Below, one piece after another: positions 29,868 to 40,532 of a DNA stretch of 64,000 bases; position 1 is the stretch's first letter, and every line of letters begins with the position of its first letter. The DNA comes from Nostocales cyanobacterium. Its GTDB lineage: Bacteria > Cyanobacteriota > Cyanobacteriia > Cyanobacteriales > Nostocaceae. The position numbers and the translations under genes were made by a program. The notes under the pieces were generated by a model. The model was not told where the DNA came from. It saw only the letters and a list, made by a program, of their open reading frames with translations, and searched no databases. The DNA lies in assembly GCA_004293145.1 (NCBI GenBank), contig RDYJ01000007.1:16390-80389 (forward strand), written 5' to 3'.

Positions 29868-29896
29868 ATTATAGCCAGACTCGCTGAGATTGTCAA
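29868..29896 (-). promoter_or_regulatory. Consensus sigma70 promoter TTGACA-N17-TATAAT
   Basis: tgtcaa at 29891-29896 and attata at 29868-29873 with exactly 17 nt between. Confidence 0.8.
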
Positions 29897-31485
29897 GCTG
29901 TTACTTCTTCCTTAGCTGTTTGCTGTAAAGCAGCATACAACCTATTCAGTGCATTCACATAAGCCTGAGCCGATGCCACAATTATATCTGTATTGGCTGC
30001 ATGACCAGAAAATACACGAGATTCATAACGCAAACGAATTGTCACTTCCCCTAAAGCATCAATTCCCCCTGTCACCGATTGCACAGAAAACTCAATCAAC
30101 TCATTTGGTACATTCACTACACGGTTGATGGCTTTATAAACTGCATCTACTGGACCTGTACCAATAGCCGCATCGGTTAGTTCTTGTCCATCGGGTGTAC
30201 GCAAGGTAACAGTTGCGGTGGGTTTGGCGTTGCTACCGCAGGAAACCTGTACCAATTCTACTTTAAATAAATCGGGTGCTTGTTGGATTTCGTCGTTAAC
30301 GATCGCCTCTAAATCCCAATCAGAAATTTCTTTCTTTTTGTCCGCTACTTCTTTAAAGCGCACAAAGGCTTTATTCAGATCATTCTCTGACAAATCAAAG
30401 CCCAATTCTTTTAACCGAGTGCGGAAGGCATTTCTACCAGAGTGTTTACCCAATACTATTTGATTATCTGTTAACCCAATCAATTGAGCATCCATAATCT
30501 CATAAGTGAGTTTATTTTTCAACACTCCATCTTGGTGAATACCAGACTCGTGTGCAAAAGCATTAGCACCGACTATGGCTTTATTCGGTTGTACCAGCAT
30601 TCCTGTCAAGCTGGAAACGAGTCGTGAAGTTTTATAAATTTGCTTGGTGTCAATATTAGTTAATGATGCTTCAGAATCGGCAGGTCTACCAAAGAAGGGG
30701 TTAAAATATTGCCGTCTGACGTGCAAGGCCATGACTAATTCTTCTAGTGCGGCATTTCCGGCTCTTTCCCCAATACCATTGATGGTACATTCTAGCTGTC
30801 TTGCGCCGTTTTTCACAGCTTCCAAGAAGTTAGCAACAGCTAAACCTAAATCATTATGACCATGAACGGAAATGATGGCTTGGTCGATGTTGGGGACGTT
30901 TTCTTTGATACCTTTGATGATAGCGCCAAATTCGCTGGGGGTGGTGTATCCTACGGTGTCAGGAATGTTAACAGTTGTTGCACCAGCAGCGATCGCTCTT
31001 TCCAAAACTTGATACAAAAATTCTGGATCAGACCTTCCTGCATCTTCGGGAGAAAATTCTACATCATCGGTGAAGCTTTTGGCATAAGCGACCATTTCTT
31101 CAGCGATCGCTATCACTTCTGGTCTGGTTTTTTTCAGCTTATATTGCAGGTGAATATCAGAAGTAGCAATAAATGTATGAATTCGTCCCTTGGCTGCTGG
31201 TTTGATGGCTTCTGCTGCGGCTTTGATATCATCATGCCTAGCTCTGGCTAAACTACAAATCACAGGTCCATTTTCTAAGCCCACAGTTTGGGCAATTTTG
31301 CTAACTGCTTCAAAATCACCCGGACTAGCAAAGGCAAAACCAGCTTCAATGATATCTACACCTAAACGGGCTAATTGTTTGGCAATAATTAGTTTTTCCT
31401 CTATGTTTAAGGTTGCGCCTGGACACTGTTCTCCATCTCGCAGTGTCGTATCAAAGATGATAATTCTGTCAGCTTGATTGCTCAT
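29893..31485 (-). CDS. leuA: 2-isopropylmalate synthase
   Basis: [22 protein letters not shown] and HESGIHQDG motifs; C-terminal regulatory domain. Confidence 0.97.
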   Translation of the reverse strand: MSNQADRIIIFDTTLRDGEQCPGATLNIEEKLIIAKQLARLGVDIIEAGFAFASPGDFEAVSKIAQTVGLENGPVICSLARARHDDIKAAAEAIKPAAKGRIHTFIATSDIHLQYKLKKTRPEVIAIAEEMVAYAKSFTDDVEFSPEDAGRSDPEFLYQVLERAIAAGATTVNIPDTVGYTTPSEFGAIIKGIKENVPNIDQAIISVHGHNDLGLAVANFLEAVKNGARQLECTINGIGERAGNAALEELVMALHVRRQYFNPFFGRPADSEASLTNIDTKQIYKTSRLVSSLTGMLVQPNKAIVGANAFAHESGIHQDGVLKNKLTYEIMDAQLIGLTDNQIVLGKHSGRNAFRTRLKELGFDLSENDLNKAFVRFKEVADKKKEISDWDLEAIVNDEIQQAPDLFKVELVQVSCGSNAKPTATVTLRTPDGQELTDAAIGTGPVDAVYKAINRVVNVPNELIEFSVQSVTGGIDALGEVTIRLRYESRVFSGHAANTDIIVASAQAYVNALNRLYAALQQTAKEEVTA

Positions 31486-31631
31486 TGGTTTTGGGTTGTT
31501 GAGTTTTGATTGTGGGCTAAGAATACCTTGAACTTTATGTTTTAACAGTTATCAGTTATCAACTTCTTTGCTGTTATCTGTTAATGATTCTCTGATACAA
31601 CTCTTGGCTTTGTAAATAATTGTTAATTTTA

Positions 31632-32153
31632 CTAAGCGTCAGTTTTTTCTATCTGGTCTCTAATATCGTTCAAGTCTATATATCTATCCGTAGCATTACG
31701 CAGTTCTCTGGCTATCATTCCTTCTGTTGATACGACTGTAATATGTGTATTTTTGGAACGCAATAGTTCAATCGCTCTTTCAAAATCGCCATCACCACTA
31801 AATAAAACAACTCGGTCGTACTGGTCTACCGTGTTGAACATATCGACAACAATTTCAATATCTAAATTAGCTTTTTGTGAGTAACGACCAGAGACATCAT
31901 CATAGTATTCTTTGAGGATTTTAGTCCGTACTGTATACCCCAAGCTAATGAGTGCATCTCGAAAACCACGTTGATCTTGTGGGTCTTTTAAGCCGGTGTA
32001 CCAAAAAGCATTAATTAATGTTGTCTCAGACTGCTCATTCTTAAAGTATTCTAACACTCGTCGCGGGTCAAAAAACCAGCCATTTTTTTGTTGAGCATAG
32101 AACATATTGTTTCCGTCTACAAAAATAGACAGACGATTCATTGGCGAACCCAT
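31632..32153 (-). CDS. labA: LabA/NYN-domain protein
   Basis: FVDGNNMFY, KANLDIEIVVDM and SGDGDF motifs. Confidence 0.85.
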   Translation of the reverse strand: MGSPMNRLSIFVDGNNMFYAQQKNGWFFDPRRVLEYFKNEQSETTLINAFWYTGLKDPQDQRGFRDALISLGYTVRTKILKEYYDDVSGRYSQKANLDIEIVVDMFNTVDQYDRVVLFSGDGDFERAIELLRSKNTHITVVSTEGMIARELRNATDRYIDLNDIRDQIEKTDA

Positions 32154-32666
32154 AGAAATTTACACCTAAATAATATATAAGAATGTAAGATGGAACAATA
32201 GATTATAGCAATTCTTAATTGGCAAGGACGCTAATATCTATAAGGTAGTTTTCATGTATAGCTTTTATTTTACCTCTTGCAAAGCATAAAATCGGCTAAA
32301 ACATTAAATTTGAGTTCTTGGATCTTAACCTGTTTAACCTCCGACTCTTTTCCAGAATACCCATTGATCAAAATCTACCAATAAAATTGACTTAGTAATA
32401 GCATTCTGATCTGGATATCAGTCAAGTTTACTCCTAAAGAGGTATCGTATAGGGTTTCGGAGATAAATAAATATAGCCCGATGACCATGAATATCCTGAT
32501 CATCCCCCACATCCTGCTCCCTCTCACCCTTAAACCCTGGCTCCATAAACAACTTGACTTTTCACCCTTCTGTACTCTCCTGAATTTTCCTAACCTGCTG
32601 CTGACTCTTTGGTTTGGTGCAATACTGGGGTATGATTATGATCTGGCCGTAATCAATGACAAAAGT

Positions 32667-32890
32667 AAAGCAGCGCTCGGCTAGGTGACAGGAAAGCCAC
32701 TGCGGTGGGCGGGTCGCCGTCAAGTGGTGTGCCTCTTTCAGAGGAGCTATGCCTACGGAAAACTACGTGAACGCCAAATAACGCGTAGCGTCTTTGCAGG
32801 CCATACCCAAAGGGTAACAGGGTGGAAAGTCCTTTTATGTCTAGATTTTATCATTAGTTAATGTCCTAAGCACCTTGGTAGTTGTTATAT
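32667..32890. mobile_element. MITE-like repeat with nested GC-rich palindromic inserts
   Basis: Right part homologous to 21553-21630; ~120 bp of extra GC-rich palindromic sequence inside the gtgacag array. Confidence 0.55.
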
Positions 32891-33111
32891 CTGTGCAGAA
32901 ATCATCAATGGAAACTTATTCAGTTACCAAGTTGTATTCAAATAGGCTATTGATTGGGCGCATAAGTCAAGATGCAAGCTTGGTAGTAGTTACAGCATAT
33001 TTGGTAAATGTACGGGATTTTCATTGAAGTTTGATTTCAAAATGTATATTTCCGACAAAAGTCAGTGTAAATAAATAACAGTGTTGTACTTAAATTAACG
33101 AGTAACACAAT

Positions 33112-35436
33112 ATGGCAGAAGAATCTACATCCAGCTTAACTAAAAAATCCCTCTCTACTGCCAAAGACCAGTTAAGTAAATTTACAAAAGGAACTTTAAC
33201 AGCATCCTTACACCAGTCTAAGGCGATGATGCGCTTGGGTCATCTGCTAACTGGGGTTTTAGCGATAGTAGCAGGACTGCTGAGTGCTGGTAGTGGAAAT
33301 TGGGTGCAGTTGGTAGAAAATCAAGCTACGACTGCCTTTTTTCAGATTCGGGGGTCAATAATAGCTCCAGAAGATATTGTGATTTTGGCCATTGATGATC
33401 AGTCTATATCAATTCCTGAACAGTATTATAGAAGCGATTCTCAAAAGTATCACTACCTACAACCACTGAAATCTTTTCCTTATCAACGTGCGGCTTATGC
33501 CCAGGTGATCACCAAGTTGATCGATGCTGGTGCGCGTGTAGTAGCTTTAGATGTGGTTTTTGATCAGCCTAGTAGCTATGGAGAGGCTGATGATCGTCAA
33601 TTTCAGGAAGTTTTGCAAAAATATGGTCATAAAGTTACCTTAGCTGCACTGTATGAAAATTATAGGACCCATCAAGGAGCATTTCAGCAGCTAACACAAC
33701 CGCAGCAAAGATTTCGCACTGGTGCAATGTCTATCGGTGCAGTGAATTTTCCTTTGGAAGTGGATGGGAAGATTCACCGCTTGAGTGGCGAATTTTCGCC
33801 GTTGTTAGCTCAAAACAACGTTATTAGCACGAGAACACCTTCTTTTGGGGAAGCAGTGTTAGCAGCAGCAAAAATCCAGTATCCTCAAGCAAAGGGCGAT
33901 CGCATTTATTTTTGGGGGGATGGGGAGACATTTAATACCATTCCTTTTTGGTATGTATTTGATCAAGAGAATTGGAACAATTATTTACAGCAGGGCAAGT
34001 TTTTCCAAAATAAAATCGTCCTCATTGGTGCTACAGCGAAATTAAGCAATGATTTTCATCCGGTGGCTATTTCTCCCCATGATCGCATGGCTGGAGTGGA
34101 AATTCATGCTAATGCGATCGCTACCTTAATAGCTAATAAGTCTATCGCCACAGCCTTGAAAAATCCAATCTTAAGAGGCTTGTTTGTGTTGCTGTTAGTC
34201 AGTGGTACATCTGTGGTCATGACTAGAAAAAAACAGGGTATCCAGAGATTTATCTTCAGTATTGCCCTAGCTAGTTTGTGGGGAGGAATAAGCTATAGTA
34301 GCTTTATCTATGGTCACGTAATGTTCCCAACAACAGTACCAATAATAGCCATATTTTTTTCTGGATTATCTTATTTAGGTACTGAAGTAGTTAGAGAGAA
34401 AATTAACAAACAAAAATTATTACTCATATTTCAGAAACACAGATCCTCTGCTATTGTGCAGGAGATTATCAGCCAACAGGATGATTTACAAGACCTAATT
34501 CAACAAAGAGATTTAGCATTGAATGGGAAAATACTGGCCGGACGCTATAAAATTATCAAAGTTCTCGGTGCAGGTGGGTTTAGCGAAACCTATATTGCAG
34601 AGGACATCCAACGTCCTGAACACCCACAATGTGTGGTTAAACAGCTAAAACCAGTCACTACTAAACCTGAAAGTTTAGCACTTGCTAGGCGTTTATTTAG
34701 TGCAGAAGCAAAAACCCTCGAAAAATTAGGAACACATCACCAAATTCCTCAGCTTTTAGCTTATTTTGAAGAAGATGAAGAATTTTATTTAATCCAGGAA
34801 TATATACTTGGTCATCCTCTCGGTAAAGAATTAATCTCCGGTAAATCTATGAGCGAGAGTCTCGTTATTTACCTGTTAAAAGACCTCTTAACAATATTAA
34901 GATTTGTCCACGAAAATGGCGTAATTCACCGAGATATTAAGCCTAATAATATTATCCGCCGTCATTCAGATTGGAAACTGGTATTAATTGATTTTGGTGC
35001 TGTTAAAGAAGTTAGTACCCAAATCATGGACAATCTCGAATCAACTGCTTTTACTATTGGTATTGGTACAAAAGGTTATGCACCTAATGAGCAATGTTTT
35101 GGTCGTCCTCGATATAATAGTGATATTTATGCTATAGGCATGATTGGGATTAAAGCTTTAACTGGTATTTCACCTCATGAATTAGAAAGAGACGCTGATG
35201 GAGAAGTGAAATGGGTTGATAAAACTATCGCAAGTGAGGCTTTAGTGACAATTATTAATAAAATGGTCATGGATGATTATAAATACCGCTATAAATCAGC
35301 ATTGGAAGTCTTAGAGGTATTGGATAAATTACCATCTTGTCAAGATGAAAGTTTGAGTTCAGAAAGAAACTATTCCCTCAATGATTTATCTGTTGTTGAT
35401 GCTGACTCTCCCACCTCACCTTGGCCGGAAGTGTAG
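33112..35436 (+). CDS. CHASE2-domain Ser/Thr protein kinase
   Basis: IVILAIDD/GVEIHANAI CHASE2 motifs, 3 TM segments, LGAGGFSET, HRDIKPNN, DFG. Confidence 0.93.
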   Translation: MAEESTSSLTKKSLSTAKDQLSKFTKGTLTASLHQSKAMMRLGHLLTGVLAIVAGLLSAGSGNWVQLVENQATTAFFQIRGSIIAPEDIVILAIDDQSISIPEQYYRSDSQKYHYLQPLKSFPYQRAAYAQVITKLIDAGARVVALDVVFDQPSSYGEADDRQFQEVLQKYGHKVTLAALYENYRTHQGAFQQLTQPQQRFRTGAMSIGAVNFPLEVDGKIHRLSGEFSPLLAQNNVISTRTPSFGEAVLAAAKIQYPQAKGDRIYFWGDGETFNTIPFWYVFDQENWNNYLQQGKFFQNKIVLIGATAKLSNDFHPVAISPHDRMAGVEIHANAIATLIANKSIATALKNPILRGLFVLLLVSGTSVVMTRKKQGIQRFIFSIALASLWGGISYSSFIYGHVMFPTTVPIIAIFFSGLSYLGTEVVREKINKQKLLLIFQKHRSSAIVQEIISQQDDLQDLIQQRDLALNGKILAGRYKIIKVLGAGGFSETYIAEDIQRPEHPQCVVKQLKPVTTKPESLALARRLFSAEAKTLEKLGTHHQIPQLLAYFEEDEEFYLIQEYILGHPLGKELISGKSMSESLVIYLLKDLLTILRFVHENGVIHRDIKPNNIIRRHSDWKLVLIDFGAVKEVSTQIMDNLESTAFTIGIGTKGYAPNEQCFGRPRYNSDIYAIGMIGIKALTGISPHELERDADGEVKWVDKTIASEALVTIINKMVMDDYKYRYKSALEVLEVLDKLPSCQDESLSSERNYSLNDLSVVDADSPTSPWPEV

Positions 35437-35526
35437 TGAAAATAATTTATTTTTTATCAATACCACCCAGTAATTAGCGTAAAAATGTCACAATAATAAT
35501 TGTGAACTTTATTTTCAATCCTCACT

Positions 35527-35808
35527 ATGAAAGCAACTTGGAACGGCGCTACTTTAGCCGAAAGCGACAAAACCGTAGTCGTAGAAGGAAATCATTACTT
35601 CCCTGCTGACACCATTAACAAACAGTATTTTACAGATAGCAACACCCACACCACTTGTCCCTGGAAAGGAGTCGCTAGTTACTACAGTGTTGAAGTAGAT
35701 GGACAAGTCAACAAAGATGCAGCTTGGTACTATCCCAGCACCAAAGAGAAAGCGAAAAACATTGAAGGTTATATTGCTTTCTGGAAAGGTGTAAAAGTCG
35801 AAGCTTAG
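35527..35808 (+). CDS. DUF427 protein
   Basis: EGNHYFP, CPWKGVASYY and AAWYYP motifs. Confidence 0.9.
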   Translation: MKATWNGATLAESDKTVVVEGNHYFPADTINKQYFTDSNTHTTCPWKGVASYYSVEVDGQVNKDAAWYYPSTKEKAKNIEGYIAFWKGVKVEA

Positions 35809-36001
35809 ACTAATATTAAATTACCATAGCCTTTCGTTTAGCCAGGGAATAAATTCCCTGTCTAATAGCTAAAGTCGGTTTTAACCGACTAATTTGGATA
35901 AGCTTATTTATCCATTTTCAAATTCAAAAATTGTCGTTATGAGTCGGGAAAGCAATTTCCCGTTTTTGTTGGAGTTTAAGAAGGTTGTTTTACATCTTTC
36001 T

Positions 36002-36436
36002 CTAATCTTTAGCAATGACAATATCATTTGACTTAATCACAGCATAAGCTTCTGTACCTTCAACTAATTCTAATTCCTCTGCGGAAACTCTGGTAATCAT
36101 TGAAGTTAACTCAACTTTATGAACAATCTCTAAAGTAACTTCAGTATTAACAGTTCCCGTCGTCACTCGTTTGACAACTCCCTTCAAAACATTGCGCGAA
36201 CTAACTTTTAATGGTTTTTTTTGACTAATAATTTCCATCTCAGGAGTTTGAGTTTCTACTTTTTCCTGTGTGGTTGGTAGTGATTTTTCTGCTGAAGAGT
36301 ATTTATGGAGACTACGAACTAATTCTCGCAAAATCTCAGTTTTAGTGCGCTGAGAGTGCTGACAGAACTCCTCTAAAATCTTCCGTTCGTCTTCTGATGT
36401 TTGAAATGTCACCCAACCCTGTTCTTTTCTTGGCAT
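36002..36436 (-). CDS. RHH + TOBE/Mop molybdate-binding protein
   Basis: N-terminal RHH-like RTKTEILRELV; SSRNVLKG..SMIT..IKS Mop motif. Confidence 0.85.
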   Translation of the reverse strand: MPRKEQGWVTFQTSEDERKILEEFCQHSQRTKTEILRELVRSLHKYSSAEKSLPTTQEKVETQTPEMEIISQKKPLKVSSRNVLKGVVKRVTTGTVNTEVTLEIVHKVELTSMITRVSAEELELVEGTEAYAVIKSNDIVIAKD

Positions 36437-36557
36437 AAATTTACCAATTTATTTGGTATGTATAATTATATAATCTTGATATCATCCTAGCAGGGCAACA
36501 GGAATTAATAATACATACTTGTACAATTGAATAAGAAATACCAAAGCATTTGATTTT

Positions 36558-37409
36558 GTGAACTTTTTTATCGGTTGTGCAGTTTGGGCATATAAAGGTT
36601 GGGTGGGCGAACTCTATCCCCCAGGAACTCGCACCACAGACTTCCTACATCTTTACAGTCGTTGTTTCACGACAGTAGAAGGTAATACGACTTTTTACGC
36701 CGTACCTAACGCAGAAACTGTTACCCGTTGGGCTACGGAAACGCCTCCAGGCTTTGAATTTTGCTTAAAGTTACCGCGAGATATTACCCATCAAAAATTA
36801 CTCCAACCCCATATTTCTGACGCTTTAGCATTTTTAGAAAGGATGCGTCCTCTAGGTAAGCATTTGGGTCCAATGTTTGCCCAATTACCACCCAGTTACT
36901 CACCTGCTTTACTTGATGATTTGCGGACATTTTTAGAAGCATGGCCACGTCAAGATGTACCCTTGGCATTAGAGGTGAGACATGGTGACTGGTTTCAAGA
37001 ACCCCATCTGAGTAATTTAACAACGTTGTTAGAAAATTTAGAGATTGGTAGGGTTTTGTTAGATACACGTCCTGTTTATACTGGGGAAGATGACCCACAA
37101 TTGGCATCAGAACGCCGTAAACCTCAATTACCAGTGCAATTTTCTGTAACTACAAATTTTACATTAATTCGCTTTATTTCTCATCCGCAGTTATCAGTAA
37201 ATCAGCCTTTTATGGCAGAATGGGTAACACAGATTCAACAATGGTTAAAAGCAGGAATTAAAATTTATTTGTTTGTGCATTGTCCCACAGAAGATATTTC
37301 TCCTAATAATGCTCGTTATTTTCAACAGTTATTAGAAAAAAGTGGTTTAGAAATTCCGCCTTTACCTTGGAATAATTTGAGTGAATCTAATCAACTTAGT
37401 TTATGGTAA
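36558..37409 (+). CDS. DUF72 family protein
   Basis: GCAVW, VEGNTTFY, QLPPSY and LEVRH motifs. Confidence 0.9.
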   Translation: MNFFIGCAVWAYKGWVGELYPPGTRTTDFLHLYSRCFTTVEGNTTFYAVPNAETVTRWATETPPGFEFCLKLPRDITHQKLLQPHISDALAFLERMRPLGKHLGPMFAQLPPSYSPALLDDLRTFLEAWPRQDVPLALEVRHGDWFQEPHLSNLTTLLENLEIGRVLLDTRPVYTGEDDPQLASERRKPQLPVQFSVTTNFTLIRFISHPQLSVNQPFMAEWVTQIQQWLKAGIKIYLFVHCPTEDISPNNARYFQQLLEKSGLEIPPLPWNNLSESNQLSLW

Positions 37410-37422
37410 TACAAAATAGCTT

Positions 37423-38208
37423 ATGTATGACAACATCTGCAAATTTATCGCTGAAAACTACAAAGATGATTTAGCGACATGGTTACTAGGCTCACCCATA
37501 AAATTAACAAAACTTAGCCCTACCGAATTATCAAACGAACCAATTAGAGCCGATTCATTGATTTTATTACAATCAGATAAATTAGTTCTGCATACAGAAT
37601 TCCAAACCGATCCTGATAAAGATATTCCTTTCAGAATGTTAGATTATCGAATCAGAGGTTATCGGCGGTTTCCTAATAAAGAAATGCGTCAAATAGTTGT
37701 ATATTTGAGAAAAACAGATTCAGAATTAGTCTATCAAAATAGATTTACATTAAGCGACACTAACCATCAGTTTGAAGTTATTCGACTTTGGGAACAACCA
37801 ACAGAACAATTTATGAGTTTACCTGGTTTATTACCCTTTGCGGTGCTAAGTCAGACAAAAGAACCTACAATGGTATTAAACGAAGTAGCAAAAGCCGTTG
37901 AAACCATTACAGATCAAGGGTTACAAAGAAATATAGCTGCTGCTAGTAGTGTATTAGCAGGGTTAGTATTAGATAAGGAAGTAATCAAGAAGATTTTCAG
38001 GAGTGAGATTATGCGCGAATCAGTCATTTATCAAGAAATTCTGGAAGAAGGTAAAGCTGAAGGTAAAGCTGAAGGTAAAGCTGAAAATGCTAGAAATGTG
38101 GCTATAAATTTACTGCGAATAGGCATGAGTTTACAGCAAATTGCCCAAGTTACAGAATTATCTATTGAGCAAGTTCAAGCTTTACAACAGGAAAATCAAA
38201 CATCATAA
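37423..38208 (+). CDS. Rpn-family PD-(D/E)XK nuclease / putative transposase
   Basis: RADSLI, HTEFQT, RMLDY and MRESVIYQEI motifs; EGKA x3 repeat. Confidence 0.9.
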   Translation: MYDNICKFIAENYKDDLATWLLGSPIKLTKLSPTELSNEPIRADSLILLQSDKLVLHTEFQTDPDKDIPFRMLDYRIRGYRRFPNKEMRQIVVYLRKTDSELVYQNRFTLSDTNHQFEVIRLWEQPTEQFMSLPGLLPFAVLSQTKEPTMVLNEVAKAVETITDQGLQRNIAAASSVLAGLVLDKEVIKKIFRSEIMRESVIYQEILEEGKAEGKAEGKAENARNVAINLLRIGMSLQQIAQVTELSIEQVQALQQENQTS

Positions 38209-38213
38209 TTTTA

Positions 38214-38243
38214 GATTCCCTGCTTCTTCAAGAAGTGGGGAAT
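38214..38243. repeat. AGATCCCC..GGGGATCT palindromic repeat family
   Basis: Related copies at 48867-48916 region and 63292-63323. Confidence 0.55.
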
Positions 38244-38278
38244 TTGATTGGTATAAATCAAATTACGGTCATGGTAAC

Positions 38279-39802
38279 TTATGGCAACCAAAAATTAGGT
38301 AAAATAGATTTTCCTAAATCTCGGATACTTTGATTCACGTTTCTACCTATTTGTATATGAGGTTCATCTTGTTCTACAGGTAAAATATCAGCTTTTTTCC
38401 CATCTTGTAAATAAGAAATAGCCAAATTAGCAGCTTCTAAACCTGTGACATAAGCTTTTTCTTGTGACCATGAACCGTGACGATTAATAATCCAATCTCC
38501 ACTCATAAACACATTGTTAAAACTCGTTTTTGCTGGCAACATATAACGATAACTACCAGGTGCAAAATGTGTAACTGCATTTCCTAAACGAATGACACTA
38601 CTATCTACTACTTTCGCTTCTTTAAATCCTGGAATACAAGTTGCTAAATAACCTTGAACTATTTTGACAATTTCCTCATCACTTAAATTCAAAAATTGAT
38701 TAGCGTGATAAAAATCAACTTCAACTACTGTTTCTGTTTGATGTTTGAATTCATCATGCAAAGCATTCAAATCAAAAAACGTCCATCCTGTAGTTTCATC
38801 AAAACCAAAACAAGCATTAGAAGGACGAGGAATATCAATTTTTCTGTCAAACCATAACCGAGTCGCTAAAACATCAATTGCGCCTAAATTATTTAAATTA
38901 CGGAATTCTTGATGATTTTGTAAACTAGGACTACTAGCGACAATTTTCTTCATTCCTGTGATACCAACTGCAAAAATAACGGCATCAGCATCAAACACTT
39001 CATCACCGCAAACTACACTTTTTACCTGGTTATTATTATCAACAATTACGTCTGTAACTCGGTGTTTAGATAAAACTCTTGCACCTAAGTTTTCTATTTT
39101 TTTCACCCAAGGACGGAAGATTTTTTCTCCCACTGTTCCCCGACACCAAACTACATCAAAATCTGGTTGATGAGCGAGAATAAAATAATATAACATTCCT
39201 AAAGTTGCAGCGGCTGAACATTGTTCACCAGGGGCAAATAAACCCACTAATAACATTGGTTCAAAAGCTTCTTTATAAAGTCGTGCCGAAACCCCAAAAG
39301 TTTTAAATAATTCACGGGCAGTTATAGAATCATAACGTCGCCAAGCATCATCAGAATTATCAAAATCAATTAAGCTATAAAGTAAAGGTAAAGCACTGAG
39401 TCTGTCAATCAGTGGTAAACGTTGAAATTGCGGGTAAATAAAAGTTCCTAATGGTGTTGGCAGTCTTGGTAAATCTTGAAAAATTGGTGATTCAACTTCC
39501 AAACCTGCGGGAGAATATTGAGCAGAACGAGTCCAAGTTGTAAAGGGATTAATTTCTAATTCATTTATCAGAGAAAATATATTTCTGTAAGGATACCAAA
39601 AACCATGAATGCCGGCTTCTACAGATTTTCCTCCAGCGGTTTGCCAACCTGCTACCAGTCCACCAGGATAGGGTCCTGCTTCTAGAAGTGTGACATCATA
39701 ACCTTGTTTAGCTAAATGGTAAGTAGCACCTAAACCAGCCCAACCAGCACCGACAACTACCACCCGTTTTTGTTGTGAGTCTTCTAACATTTTTGCACCC
39801 AT
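38279..39802 (-). CDS. FAD-dependent oxidoreductase (amine oxidase / carotene desaturase-like)
   Basis: VVGAGWAGL Rossmann motif; SGDW and WSQEKAYVTG motifs. Confidence 0.88.
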   Translation of the reverse strand: MGAKMLEDSQQKRVVVVGAGWAGLGATYHLAKQGYDVTLLEAGPYPGGLVAGWQTAGGKSVEAGIHGFWYPYRNIFSLINELEINPFTTWTRSAQYSPAGLEVESPIFQDLPRLPTPLGTFIYPQFQRLPLIDRLSALPLLYSLIDFDNSDDAWRRYDSITARELFKTFGVSARLYKEAFEPMLLVGLFAPGEQCSAAATLGMLYYFILAHQPDFDVVWCRGTVGEKIFRPWVKKIENLGARVLSKHRVTDVIVDNNNQVKSVVCGDEVFDADAVIFAVGITGMKKIVASSPSLQNHQEFRNLNNLGAIDVLATRLWFDRKIDIPRPSNACFGFDETTGWTFFDLNALHDEFKHQTETVVEVDFYHANQFLNLSDEEIVKIVQGYLATCIPGFKEAKVVDSSVIRLGNAVTHFAPGSYRYMLPAKTSFNNVFMSGDWIINRHGSWSQEKAYVTGLEAANLAISYLQDGKKADILPVEQDEPHIQIGRNVNQSIRDLGKSILPNFWLP

Positions 39803-39962
39803 GAATACCGTCTTTCTACTAATGTATCCGAATTTGTGGGCAATTTATTCAAGAGTGGTTGATAAAAAGTCAAAAGTCAAAAGTAGAGACGTTTCATGCC
39901 AAGTCCCTACTTTTAAAACATCAAAATTTATTCTTTCTTCTGACTCCTATTTCTATTACTTA

Positions 39963-40532
39963 TCAACTATGAATAGTTCCATCTGGCATAATAGCAGCGG
40001 TTAAAAAAGACTCACTCATATCCGTGGCATTTAAATTAGCTCTGGTCAAATTTACCTCACACAGATTTGCTTCACTTAAATCAGCACCAGTTAAATTTGC
40101 CCCTTGTAAATCTGCTTTCCACATCCTCACACCTCCCATTTTTGCACCACTTAAGTTTGCATCTTGTAAATTAGCGGCGGTTATTGATGCTTGATGTAAA
40201 TTAGCGTCACACAAGTCAGCACCAGTTAATAAAGCTCCACTGAGGTCTGATTCATTCAAATGAGCATTAGTTAGTATAGCTTGAGTTAAATCAGCACCAC
40301 ACAAAATTACTTCCGATAAATGTGCATTATCTAGTTTTGCACCTCTGAGATTTGCTTTACTTAAATTCGCTCCTGTCAAAGATGCTGATTTGAGGTTAGC
40401 ACCTCTGAGGTCGGCTCTAGCAAAGTCTATACCACCTAAGTTAGCTCCTTGTAGGTCGGCTAAGGGTAAGGCAATACCATTGAAGTTTCTTTCTCCTCTG
40501 GCATATCTATTTAACAGTTCTTTAACATCCAT
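39963..40532 (-). CDS. Pentapeptide repeat protein
   Basis: A(D/N)LxG repeats; YARGERNF start and MPDG end. Confidence 0.93.
   Translation of the reverse strand: MDVKELLNRYARGERNFNGIALPLADLQGANLGGIDFARADLRGANLKSASLTGANLSKANLRGAKLDNAHLSEVILCGADLTQAILTNAHLNESDLSGALLTGADLCDANLHQASITAANLQDANLSGAKMGGVRMWKADLQGANLTGADLSEANLCEVNLTRANLNATDMSESFLTAAIMPDGTIHS

Noticed and set aside
32481-32684. 67-aa ORF
   Set aside because: Low-complexity pyrimidine-rich sequence ending in a MITE; no family motif.
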